A program made the translations under genes and the position numbers. 64,000 nucleotides of DNA, taken from the NCBI GenBank assembly GCA_002269645.1, contig NIVC01000010.1, forward strand, positions 1,674,001-1,738,000, written 5' to 3'. The notes under the pieces are model-generated. The model did not search any database. It saw only the letters and a program-made list of their open reading frames with translations, and was not told the origin of the DNA. The DNA comes from Macrostomum lignano. Lineage: Eukaryota. Positions 11,386 to 23,358 of this stretch are shown here, piece after piece; position 1 is the first letter of the stretch, and each line of letters starts with the position of its first letter.

Positions 11386-11428
11386 GATTGATTGATTGAA
11401 TGATTGAATGATTGATTGAATGAATGAT
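11383..11428. repeat. (GATT/GAAT)n microsatellite
   Basis: Read directly from the sequence. Confidence 0.85.
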
Positions 11429-12697
11429 GTCGATATTGGGTTTCCTAAATCAAGTTAGGAGGAAAATATTTATACCGAAATGCATGTACTGTATACGAAA
11501 TCCACAATTACGGGTTCATTTTTTGCCTCTTTCAGCAAAGCTGCAGGACCGCGACAATAAAAATAATAGTTCCTCTTCCCAGCTATCTTTGCTTTATTAG
11601 CGTGAAATGTGTGCAACAACAACCATGACAACAGTTAATGTAGGACTATATGTTCACAAAAGTGTAGAACAATGTCCACAAGTGTAGAATAATGTCTTTA
11701 AAAGCGTTGAACAATGTCCACCCATAAGTGTAGGACAATTCGGCCACAAAAGTGTGCAATACATGATGCGCACAGGATGTGCAGCGGTCCTGACTTTCTA
11801 ATCATCAGGCATGTACAATCTCTGTGCCTAAAATGTATAGGGGGTTTGCCCTCACAGGCGTGGACTACAGATCTCCATAAACTCTACTGTTTGAATACAT
11901 GTACGTGTAGTATTATCCGCCCAACTCACCAGTAACAGCAGGCTTCAGCTGGTACAAGCAAATCAAAAAAGTAGCCAGAAAATGAAGAAACGCATCTGCA
12001 TAACTCCAGATGTGTAATAATTTCAGTTACAAAAAATCGATCTGCGAAGCTAGATTTTCATTACCAAAGCTTCAGTGATAACTTTTTTTAGCTACAAGAC
12101 CTACTACACAGTCAGTATCAATTAGCTACATCTTTCGGCTTCCTTTGAAATTCTGTATAATCTGCATAATCTCTGTAAGACACAAAAATAAAACCACCAA
12201 AACAGACAGCATATCCGCCCCCACCAGCAGAGCTACATGCATATAAAATCGCGGGGCATGCATGCGGCCTTGCACTAATCAACTAAAAGTTGACATATTA
12301 TTATAGCATCATATACATGTAATGCACTTGACAGGTAGGTAGGTTACAGATCGGCGCAAATGATGGCTAATGTTATATACCAGTACGTTTAGCATGACAC
12401 ATGTAGGTACAAGTATACTAATAAAGGCTTAGTTAATGTATTAGTCTAGTTGCTTTAAATTTGTGTCCGTTGAAAGACCAGAGTTTCAGAAGAGTAAAAA
12501 ACTTTGCCGTGTACTGCAGTGCCCTCTGCTCCACATTATATATTCATGAATAGCTCTTGCCTCAATTTTGTCCATTATTTAGCAAGTGTCGACCAATCTT
12601 ACGCATCACTTCAGACATCACCCCCAATATCGTCTGACAAATACAAATATTCATTCATTGATATCATGTTTCGGCATGCAAACGTAGACTTCACACT

Positions 12698-13103
12698 CAG
12701 TTGCCTGGGAGCTCCCAGTCCCAGAACCTCAGTTGCTGGGCCACAGCGACCCCAGATCCTCAGTTGCTAGGCCAGCCTCCCAGATCCCCAGTTGCTGTGC
12801 CAGCCTCCCAGATCCTCAGTTGCTGGGCCAGCCTCTCAGATCCTCAGTTGCTGTGCCAGCCTCCCAGATCCCCAGTTGCTGTGCCAGCCTCCCAGATCCT
12901 CAGTTGCTGTGCCAGCCTCTCAGATCCTCAGTTGCTGTGCCAGCCTCCCAGATCCTCAGTTGCTGGGTCAGCCTCCAAGATCCTCAGTTGCTGTGCCAGC
13001 CTCCCAGATCCTCAGTTGCTGGGTCAGCCTCCCAGATCCCGTTGCTATGCCAGCCTCCCAGATCCTCAGTTGCTGGGTCAGCCTCCCAGATCCTCAGTTG
13101 CTA
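12698..13103. repeat. 28-bp minisatellite CCCAGATCCTCAGTTGCTGTGCCAGCCT
   Basis: About 14 variant units. It explains the overlapping repetitive ORFs at 12701-13136. Confidence 0.9.
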
Positions 13104-13355
13104 AGCCATAGCTGTCCCTCATACTGTAGCTCATAGTTGCGCACTTAAACAAAAGATAAAAGCGTAAATAACAACAAAAACAAACACTGTTAAACGTCAT
13201 GAAGTTTTCTACATTAAAAATGCTTTATTGGCATTTAGTTTAAAAGGTTTATCTGTATTTTACTTTGTGTGCAGATGCACAAATTTTTTTATCAACTCTT
13301 GAAAGAAGGGTTCGAAAATTTTATGATCTACAAAACACAGCGTTCAGAGTTAGAA

Positions 13356-15243
13356 TTAGTGATCAATGAGTCCTACTAAATGGTGAAATACAGCGCACAG
13401 CTGACTCTTCCGTCCCAGAAGCTCAGATAGGAATAGCACTCCATCTTTGCGAGACTCCACATCGATAGCCAAATTGTAGACAAACTTGCCAGATAAATAG
13501 TCCGACACGGGCGGCAGACTGACACTGGTGGGCTGGTGGGACTGGCACAGCAGACTGGCTGACAGCAGTGTGGCCTGCGGCGATAGTGTTAATTAGCTAT
13601 TAGAATTAATATTTAGCGAAGGCCCAGGTATTGTCCCAGGTATTCCGACCCCCCCCCCCCCCTATCATAGGTATTCTGACTCCCAGTTCAGGTATTCTCA
13701 GGTATTCAGACCCATCCATAGCCCCAATACCCAGGTATTCAGGCCCATCCATAGCCCCAATACCCAGGTATCCAGACCCATCCATAGCCCCAATACCCAG
13801 GTATTCAGGCCCATCCATAGCCCCAATACCCAGGTATTCAGACCCATCCATAGCCCCAATACCCAGGTATTCAGACCCATCCAGACCCCCAATACCCAGG
13901 TATTCAGGCCCATCCAGACCCCCAATACCCAGGTATTCAGGCCCATCCAGACCCCCAATACCCAGGTATTCAGGCCCATCCAGACCCCCAATACCAAACA
14001 GGCAGACAGTCGCAAACCTGAAAATGTGACAAGCAGTGCACCAGCTGCAGGTCAAAGCCGACCCGGTGGTTGATAACAGGCTGCTCAGAGTATTTAGCGA
14101 GCACGGTGGCCCGCTGTCGCCTTAACAATTCAGCTTCTTCAGACGGCAGAAAAGACTGACACAGTTTGTACAGGCAGGTGGCTAGCAGAGACAGGCAAAC
14201 TGAGCGACAGGTTGGCGATGGCACAGTTGAGTTATTGCCAACTAATAGCCGATGCGAGGCCAGGACCGAGTAAAGAACTGAAATTATTCGATATCAAGTA
14301 ATTTAATATGACAAGCTGTTGAAACCCGCGGATTTTGAACCCGGGGAATTCCAATACCCGGAACTAATTTTGCATGTATTCTGAAATCTAAGGCCATACC
14401 CCATACACAAACAAATTAATAGTTAGTAGGATAGAGGTAGACATAAAATGGAGCACATTCGTGTAAAATTAGGTTTTGAGGCAAACGTTGATATTGTTTG
14501 CTGGAATGCTGGGGTACTCCACAGAATGCCAAGCAATGTCTGTCTGACTCTAAAACATGTATTGGCAAACTCTGGTCTCTCCCTGACTCTCCCTATGTCC
14601 CTTGGATCCTTTAAAATTTCTATCGTCTCTTCTGTTTCCTTTCTTCTCTCTCATCCCTCGTCTCTCGTCTCTCCTCTCTCTTCTCCTATCTTCTTTCGTA
14701 TCTTCCCTCATCTCTCTTCTCTTTCATCTCTCTTATCTCATCTCTTCCCTATTCTTTTCTCTCACCTCTCCTCTCTCCTTTCGACTTTTCGTTTTCTCTC
14801 TGCTCTCCTCTCTCCTCTCTACTCTTTCGTTTTCTCTCTCCTCTCCTCTCTCCTCTCTCCCATCTTCTTTCGTATATTCCCTCTCATCTTTCTTCTCTTT
14901 CATATCTCTTATCTCATCTCTTCCCTCTTCTTTTCTCTCTCCTCTCCCCTCTCCTCTCTCCCCCTCTTCTCTCGTCTCTTCCTTGTCCTCTCTATTCTTT
15001 TCTCTCTTCTCTTAACTCTCTCATCTACTCTCTCATCTCTCCTCTCTATTCTTTCCTCTCTCCCCTCTTCTCTCGTCTCTTCCCCCACATCTTTCCTCTC
15101 TCTCTTTTCTTGTTTTATCTCTTCTCTCTCCCCTCGTCGCTCGTCTCTTCCTTCACCTCTCTTCTCTCTCGTCCGCTCTTTTATCTCTCCTTTCTCTTCT
15201 TTTATCTTTTCTCTCTTATCTCTTCTCGTTACTCTCTGCTCTG

Positions 15244-15332
<89 letters not shown>

Positions 15333-18300
15333 CCCATCTCTATTCTCTCTACTCTCTCCCCTCTTCATTCTCCTATTCCTCTTCTCTCTTCCTGTCTCTC
15401 CTCTCTCCTCTAGTCTCTGTAATCTCTTCTCTCTTATCTCTCCTCTGTTCTCTCTACTCTCCCATCTCTCGTCTGTTCATCTGCTCTCTCATCTGTCATC
15501 TTTACTCTCTTATACGTTCTCTCACTTATCTCCTCTGTACTCTTCTCTTTCACCTCTTCTGACTCCTCTCTTTCCTTACTCCTTTCTTCTTTTCTCTTCC
15601 CTCTTCTCTATACTCTCTCTCTTCTATTATCTTCTCTCGTCTCTCTGCACTCTCCTTTCACCTTTTCTCTCATCTCTTCTTTGATCTGTCTCATCTCTAC
15701 AATCTCATCTCTTTCCTCTCTCCTCCTCTTCCCTTTACTCTCTCATCTCTCCTTTCTCCCCTCTTCTTTCACCACTCTCTTATCTCTATCTCTTCTCTTC
15801 TCACTCCTCTCCCCCTCTTATATCCTCTCTTCTCTATCCTTTCTACTCTCTCCTCTCTAATCTCTCCTCTCCTCTTGACCCTCTGTCATCTTCTTTCTGC
15901 TCTCTCATCTCTACTCTCTTCTCAATCTTCTCTACTCTCCTCTCTCATCGATCCTCTGTCTCATCTCTCCCCTCTTCTCACCTTTACTCTTTCCTCTCCT
16001 TCCTTTCTCCCCTCCTCTCGCTTCTTCCTCCCTTCTTCTCTGCTCTCTCCTCACCACTTTTCCTTTTCACTCTCATCTGGCCCGCAGCCATGAGCTGGAT
16101 TCTTTATCTGGCCTTTGAGATAAAATCTGCCAATCCCTGCTTCGAAAGTACTATCATGGTTGTTATCATTTCTCATGCTTTGATCACGTCATTTTTCTGG
16201 CCAATTAGCAGCCCTGAGAGGAATTTGTGTATCTCCATTCTCCAGCTCCACCACCACAGTCTGCAGCAGTCTAACAACCAAGGAAATACGCATTTCTTAG
16301 GAGGCCATTTAAATTTTAAAGTTACCTTATGCGAATCTTAATGTTAAAATTTTCATGGTGTAACTAATTTAGTAGGATTGCATTGTAATCAGTTATTCAT
16401 TAATTTTTCGCTATTTTTACAAACCATCCCACATCGCCTTGATTTACCATCCTTGTTTAACTGCTGCGACTTGTCTATACAGAGGACAGTAGTTTGAATC
16501 TCTCGCTAAACTCTCTCCTCTCCACGCCTCTCCACTCGCGGGGGTACAGAGACGGCTATTAAAAAGTTATTCCAAAACACTGTACATTTGCTATGTACAT
16601 TCAGTCCTATCGCCTGACCCTTCGTCTGGGCTGGGGGAATGAGTGAGTGAGTGGCACAAACAACAGAAAAAGCAGACAAACTTCACATGCTTACAGTTTC
16701 TTTTTCGGTTGAGTTACAGAGTTGAAACTTTACATTTAGACAGAGAATGGGTCAATGAAGAATTGTGTCAAGTTTGAAGTCAATCGCTTTACGTGGAGCA
16801 AACTTATGGCAGCTGAAAGTTAGTCAATTTTGAAACCCTTTTACACATCTGGGCCCAGATCGGGAAAGAGAGGCAGGCGGGCGGAGGTTGGGGTGGCTGC
16901 CTCGCTGAAAAAAAACAGCCTAAGTTTAAAAGTGCACAGCACCGCTCAGGATTAACTTTGAGATTTAAAATTTTACACGATTGTGTCAAAATAGTTGAAA
17001 ATTGATTGTGTCAAATTTGAAGAGGATCGGTAGAAGTGGAGCAGCGCTAAGGAGGCTTTAGTAAAAAAATCGCGCATTTTGAGCAGTTTTTTGCACTTTT
17101 AGGTAGGAAGACTCAAATTTAGGAAATTAAAAGGTAGCCTAAGACATTCTCCGTAGTAAGTTTAGGGTGGGTGCAAAGTTTGGTGTCATTTGGTTGAGCG
17201 GTTTGGGAGTCCATAGCGATCAAAATTGTCCACACACAGACAGACAGAGTTTTGATTTTTATAGGTAGAGATTAGAGATAAATGATACTAACGAAAATTT
17301 ATTGAAGAAATTATTGATCAATTTATAATTCCAGAAATCATAAAGGTGAAGGCATCTTTGGCCCAAATTAAGGGCCTGACGCATGACGCATGACATTTAT
17401 GACACAACATTCATGGCACATGACATTCATGACGCATGACATTCATGACGCATGACATTCATGACGCATGACATTCATGACGCATGACATTCATGGCGCA
17501 TGACATTCATGACGCATGACATTCATGACGCATGACATTCATGACACATAACATTCATGACATTTATGACACATGACATTCATGACACATAACATTCATG
17601 ACGCATGACATTCATGACGCATGAAATTCATGACGCATGACATTCATGACGCATGACATTCATGACGCATGACATCTATGACACATGACATTCATGACAC
17701 ATGACATTCATGACACATGACACTCATGACATTCATGACACATGACATTCATGACACACGCCATGACAAAAACCTACGATTTTGCAAACTATAGCCCTTC
17801 TAAACTACCTAGAACGACTCAAAGTCATAACCTCACCAATCTTCAGCCCTGCATGCCCGACCAGGTCGCCGAGAGGGTCTCTTGGGTAGCCCAGCCGAGC
17901 TGACAGACACGAGGCCGCATCGCTGCAGCATCCGTCAGGCAGGTCCGGAATCAGCGGGAGCACAGATTTACCCAGACCGCCGCGCACTCTGCGATGCTCA
18001 ACAATCGTTGAGCAGTGCTCAAGCCGGCCAAGTCGGCTCAGTAGCAGAGAGTAGGCGGCCTGACGCAGCGGCGCCGTGTCATCGAAGGTGCACGGGTTCG
18101 ATGGATCCTCGATGCCCACGGGCAGGTAGAGCTGGCCGTGCTGGGCCACGTCTAAGAATAGCGGCGACATGCGACCTGGGAGGGTTGGTTGGCTAGTTAG
18201 TTAGTTAGTTATTTAGTTAGCTAGTTAGTTAGTCAGTTAGTTAGTTAGTTAGTTAGTTAGTCAGTTATTCAGTTAGTTGGCTAGTTAGTCAGTATTTGCA

Positions 18301-18713
18301 CGCCCGCACCTTCGAGCAGTCCAGACTCCGTCAGCCATTGTGGAATACCCAGAGAGCTGTGGAAGCTCAGTTTGAGACCAGATTGAGACGCTGCAGCTGC
18401 TGCCGCGGCATTGGCGGGCGGTTCAACCAGAGCGAGAGCGGAATGCAGTTGGTAATGCGCCATGGACTCTCGCACAGAGGCCAGGAACCTGAGGAATATA
18501 GCAAACCTAAATTGTTAAAATAATATGCATCCAAGGCAGACAGACAGACAGGCAGACAGACAGACAGACAGGCAGACAGACAGACAGGCAGACAGACAGG
18601 CAGACAGACAGACAGACAGACGGACAGACAGGCAGACAGACAGGCAGACAGACAGACAGACAGAAAGACAGACAGACAGACAGAAAGACAGACAGACAGA
18701 CAGACAGACTCTA

Positions 18714-18749
<36 letters not shown>

Positions 18750-18777
18750 TCTAAGACAGACAGACAGACAGACTCTA

Positions 18778-18814
<37 letters not shown>

Positions 18815-18853
18815 GGCAGACAGGCAGACAGGCAGACAGACAGGCAGGCAGGC

Positions 18854-18886
<33 letters not shown>

Positions 18887-18937
18887 GTCAGACAGACAGA
18901 CAGGCAGACAGACAGACAGACAGGCAGACAGACTCTA

Positions 18938-18970
<33 letters not shown>

Positions 18971-19033
18971 GGCAGGCAGACAGACAGACAGACAGGCAGA
19001 CAGGCAGACAGACAGACAGGCAGACAGACTCTA

Positions 19034-19066
<33 letters not shown>

Positions 19067-22000
19067 GTCAGACAGACAGACAGGCAGACAGACATTCAGA
19101 CAGACAGACAGACAGACAGGCAGACAGACAGACAGACAGGCAGACAGGCAGACAGACAGACAGACAGGCAGACAGACAGACTCTAAGACAGACAGACAGA
19201 CAGACAGACAGACAGTCAGACAGACAGGCAGACAGGCAGACAGACAGACAGACAGGCAGACAGACAGACTCTAAGACAGACAGACAGACAGACAGACAGT
19301 CAGACAGACAGACAGACAGACAGACAGGCAGTCAGACAGACAGACAGACAGACAGGCAGTCAGACAGACAGACAGTCAGACAGACAGCTAAGTCTGGTCA
19401 TCACCTGTGCGCCCAACGCTTGTCCTCGGTCTGCAGGTCGTCACAGTCGCCGAGCAGCAGGCGCCGCAGCGCAGCCAGGCAGTCGTCGGGGCTCGCAAAG
19501 TTCCGGTGCGTCCAGACTAGCACGCCAGCGATAAGTCGGCGACTCTTGCTCTTCAGCTGCCTGCCGCCGCCTCCGCCGCTGCTACCCCCACCAGCGGATT
19601 TCGGCAGCTGAACTCGGGAGAGAATGCAGCGCCCCACGGCACCGCGGGACAAATAGTCGTTGCCGATCAGGGTGGCGCACAGGGGCAGCAGACTGGGGTT
19701 TACCTGACGGATTATGATTGAGTTGTTGGATTCAGACGGTTCAGATTGTCGTGGCATTTTGGGCGATTCTCATGGTGGTGTAGGGGCGATTCTCATGGGA
19801 GGTGAAGGGGCGATTCTCATGGGTTGTAAAGGGGCAATTCTAATGAGTTGTGAAGGGGAGATTCTCATGGGTTGTAAAGGGGAGATTCTCATGGGTTGTG
19901 AAGGGGCGATTCTCATGGATTGTGAAGGGGCGATTCTCATGGGTTGTGAAGGGGAGATTCTCATGGGTTGTGAAGGGGAGATTCTCATGGGTTGTGAAGG
20001 GGCGATTCTCATGGGTGGTAAAGGGGCGATTCTCATGGGTGGTGAAGGGGCGATTCTCATGGGTGGTGAAGGGGCGATTCTCATGGGTGGTGAAGGGGCG
20101 ATTCTAATGGGTTGTGAAGGGGAGCTTCTCATGGGTTGTGAAGGGCGATTCTCATGGGTTGTGAAGGGCGATTCTAATGGGTGGTGTAGGGGCGATTCTC
20201 ATGGGTTGTGAAGGGGCGATTCTCATGGGTAGTGAAGGGGCGATTCTCATGGGTGGTGAAGGGCGATTCTCATGGGTTGTGAAGGGCGATTCTCATGGGT
20301 TGTGAAGGGCGATTCTCATGGGTTGTGAAGGGCGATTCTCATGGGTGGTGTAGGGGCGATTCTCTTGGGTTGTGAAGTGCGATTCTCATGGGTGGTGTAG
20401 GGGCGATTCTCATGGGTTGTGAAGGGCGATTCTCATGGGTTGTAAAGGGGCGATTCTCATGGGTAGTGAAGGGGCGATTCTCATGGGTAGTGAAGGGGCG
20501 ATTCTCATGGGTTGTGAAGGGCGATTCTCATGGGTTGTAAAGGGGCGATTCTCATGGGTTGTGAAGGGGCGATTCTCATGGGTGGTGAAGGGGCGATTCT
20601 AATGAGTTGTGAAGGGGCGATTCTCATGGGTTGTGAAGGGGCGATTCTCATGGGTGGTGAAGGGGCGATTCTAATGAGTTGTGAAGGGGAGCTTCTCATG
20701 GGTTGTGAAGGGCGATTCTCATGGGTTGTGAAGGGCGATTCTCATGGGTGGTGTAGGGGCGATTCTCATGGGTTGTGAAGGGCGATTCTCATGGGTTGTA
20801 AAGGGGCGATTCTCATGACAATGATTAAATGCTTAAAAAACAAGTCAGTCAGTGAAAAAACAAACCACCTACCTTCCTCCGCAAAGCCGGCAGGTAGAAG
20901 TCCCTAACCCGGTAGATCTGACAGTCCAGAAACGGTGCGGGCTTCGCCTCATTTTCGTCCAATAAAGCTTTGGTGAGATGCAGAGTCTTGGTGAGCACCA
21001 CCCCGCCCGGCAGGTCGTAGATAAGAAAGTCGCTGTCGTTTGTGAGCACGGGGCAGCCCAGCTGAGCAGCCAGAGAGGCCAGGTGATTATCAGCATCGCC
21101 GAATGCACTCACAATTAAATTAAACTCGAACTCGTCAACCACCGTGCTACGGAAATAAAATAGGATATATGGAATTGGATCAATCTACATTAGAAATCCC
21201 AACCAGAATGGGATCAATCTACATTAGAAATTTCAACTAGAATGGGATCAATCTACATTAGAAATCCCAACCAGAATGGGATCAATCTACAATAGAAATC
21301 CCAACCAGAATGGGATCAATCTACAATAGAAATCCCAACCAGAATGGGATCAATCTACATTAGAAATCCCAACCAGAATGGGATCAATCTACATTAGAAA
21401 TCCCAACCAGAATGGGATCAATCTACATTAGAAATCCCAACCAGAATGGGATCAATCTACATTAGAAATCCCAACCAGAATGGGATCAATCTACATTAGA
21501 AATCCCAACCAGAATGGGATCAATCTACATTAGAAATCCCAACCAGAATGGGATCAATCTACATTAGAAATCCCAACCAGAATGGGATCAATCTACATTA
21601 GAAATCCCAACCAGAATGGGATCAATCTACATTAGAAATCCCAACCAGAATGGGATCAATCTACATTAGAAATCCCAACCAGAATGGGATCAATCTACAT
21701 TAGAAATCCCAACCAGAATGGGATCAATCTACATTAGAAATCCCAACCAGAATGGGATCAATCTACATTAGAAATCCCAACCAGAATGGGATCAATCTAA
21801 ATTAGAAATCCCAACCAGAATGGGATCAATCTACATTAGAAATCCCAACCAGAATGGGATCAATCTACATTAGAAATCCCAACCAGAATGGGATCAATCT
21901 ACATTAGAAATCCCTAACTAAATGGTGAGCGCATCACTCACCTGATGAACACTTCCATAGCCATGATTGGCAGCAGCCGATTGCTATTACCCCCAGCATT

Positions 22001-22749
22001 TTTAGCTTTGGCCCCGCCGCCCCCTCGGTCCAGCTGAACGCATTTCTTTACGCGCTTTTCAATTCGAGCTCGCTGTTCGCGCAGCTTCGGCCCAGACCAG
22101 TCCTTGGCCCCGTCTAGTACGAATAGCGGCGTGATGCCGCACTCCATCATGCTGGAGAATGCTCTCCGCAGCTCTCTGTAGCGGTGATAGCCAGTTTAAG
22201 TGGCTATACATAGTTAAACATCTAAATAATGTATATTCCTACAATTACTTAACATTTTAACATACTTTCACCTACCTACACTATCAAATAACTTAAGCTA
22301 GATCCTCATATCTAACTAGCTAATCCCCTTACCTAATTACCTCAGATCCTCATATCCAAATAGCTAATCCCTACCTAAATTACTTCAAATCCTCATATCT
22401 AACCAGCTAATCCCTACCTGGATTACCTCAAATTCTCATATCTAACCAGCTATTCCCTACCTGGATTACCTCAAATCCTCATATCTAATCAGCTAATCCC
22501 TACCTGGATTACCTCAAATCATCATATCTAACCAGCTAATATCTACCTATATATGTCATTGTCAGGGCAGATTTCTTACCTGACATACTGACCATATTCT
22601 CCAGCAAAAAGATATTCAATATTGTGCAGGTGATACAAATGATGTGCTAAATTGGAGGCATCAATCACTAGATAACAGTTGCGCAGCCGATGCCTATGCA
22701 AATTATTGCTATGCTGTAGCATATATGTTTGAAGACCTTGTACACCCAT
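13356..22749 (-). CDS. ASTE1: Asteroid homolog (XPG/FEN1-like PIN-domain nuclease), ~657 aa
   Basis: Exons 22749-22580, 22175-21942, 21146-20873, 19703-19405, 18488-18310, 18175-17837, 14277-14018, 13574-13356 total 1974 nt and are phase-consistent. Motifs: [20 protein letters not shown]; [11 protein letters not shown]; [24 protein letters not shown]; [12 protein letters not shown]; [17 protein letters not shown]; [13 protein letters not shown]; [10 protein letters not shown]. All match the Asteroid family layout. Confidence 0.92.
13625..13995. repeat. 33-bp minisatellite in ASTE1 intron 7
   Basis: CCCAATACCCAGGTATTCAGGCCCATCCATAGC-type units, about 10 copies. Confidence 0.9.
14575..16078. 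repeat. ~1.5 kb pyrimidine (CT)-rich low-complexity tract with a pure (CT)n core near 15248-15328, ASTE1 intron 6
   Basis: Almost only C and T on the + strand. Confidence 0.92.
16560..17278 (+). mobile_element. probable non-autonomous Helitron/Helentron-like element in ASTE1 intron 6
   Basis: It ends ...GTGTCATTTGGTTGAGCGGTTT..CACACACAGACAGACAGAG..TTTATAGGTAGAGAT, a terminal layout typical of microsatellite-bearing non-autonomous rolling-circle elements. The 5' boundary is uncertain. Confidence 0.4.
17378..17765. repeat. 16-bp minisatellite CATGACATTCATGACG in ASTE1 intron 6
   Basis: About 20 variant units. Confidence 0.9.
18192..18292. repeat. (TTAG)n microsatellite filling ASTE1 intron 5
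   Basis: Read directly from the sequence. Confidence 0.9.
18533..19388. repeat. (AGAC/AGGC)n microsatellite with periodic TCTA interruptions, ASTE1 intron 4
   Basis: Read directly from the sequence. Confidence 0.92.
19750..20816. repeat. 23/24-bp minisatellite GGGGCGATTCTCATGGGTTGTGAA, ASTE1 intron 3
   Basis: About 44 units. The 1-bp shorter variants shift the frame of the spurious ORFs. Confidence 0.92.
21175..21915. repeat. 34-bp near-perfect minisatellite AATCCCAACCAGAATGGGATCAATCTACATTAGA, ASTE1 intron 2
   Basis: About 21 head-to-tail units with no spacers. Confidence 0.93.
22300..22548. repeat. ~43-bp minisatellite ATCCTCATATCTAACCAGCTAATCCCTACCTGGATTACCTCAA, ASTE1 intron 1
   Basis: About 6 variant units. 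Confidence 0.85.
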
Positions 22750-23320
22750 GGTTTGTCAATAATCTGAAATGTTTATTGTTCTACACTGAAAAAATGCATT
22801 ATACAAGAGGTGTCCCAAAGGTTCTTGGTATGTTTGCTCTAGCTCCTCAGTACCTTGAACAATTTTCATGTTTTAAACGTCAAATTAAAGATAATTTTGC
22901 AATAAAAAAACTTGTCATTTGAATTTCCTTTCTATCTGGTCTCAGTCAAGAGTTATACCAGGAAATGTAAGGGAAGGTCAGTACTAGTGTTACACAACTT
23001 TTAATGTCTGTGGTGTCCTGTTTCTATCATCAATTTGTTTGCCAAAATTAACTTTGAATTTGTTAGAAAGATGTGGAAATGTCTATGGATGAAACCAGTA
23101 AAATTTCTGATCAGATCTAATAGTGTTAGTGTTTGCTTATTCCATACCCAAGTGCTTGCTTTTGGCTAGAGACTTAAAGATAAGTTTTCTCTATAGCTTT
23201 GAAAGTCAGCTGCTGGTCATTCAAAGTGGACTGGCCATCCTTGAACCATTGGATTTATCTGTTAATAGCTGGTTTCTTGAAGCTATTCTCACTGTGGATT
23301 AAGAAAAGATAATGGATTGC

Positions 23321-23358
<38 letters not shown>

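Noticed and set aside
16200-16270. Extra ASTE1 exon ([10 protein letters not shown]) on the minus strand
   Set aside because: No in-phase GT donor, and the acceptor at 14277 already supplies the homologous segment in the correct phase.
18192-18292. Interstitial telomere
   Set aside because: The unit is TTAG, not TTAGG or TTAGGG; an ordinary tetranucleotide microsatellite.
12701-20778. Many long repetitive ORFs (e.g. [33 protein letters not shown])
   Set aside because: They are translations of stop-free tandem repeats lying inside ASTE1 introns or its flank.
21175-21915. CRISPR-like 34-bp palindromic repeat array (also the 18-bp arrays at 44595 and 45172)
   Set aside because: Units are head-to-tail with no unique spacers, there are no cas genes, and the context is eukaryotic intronic or intergenic DNA.
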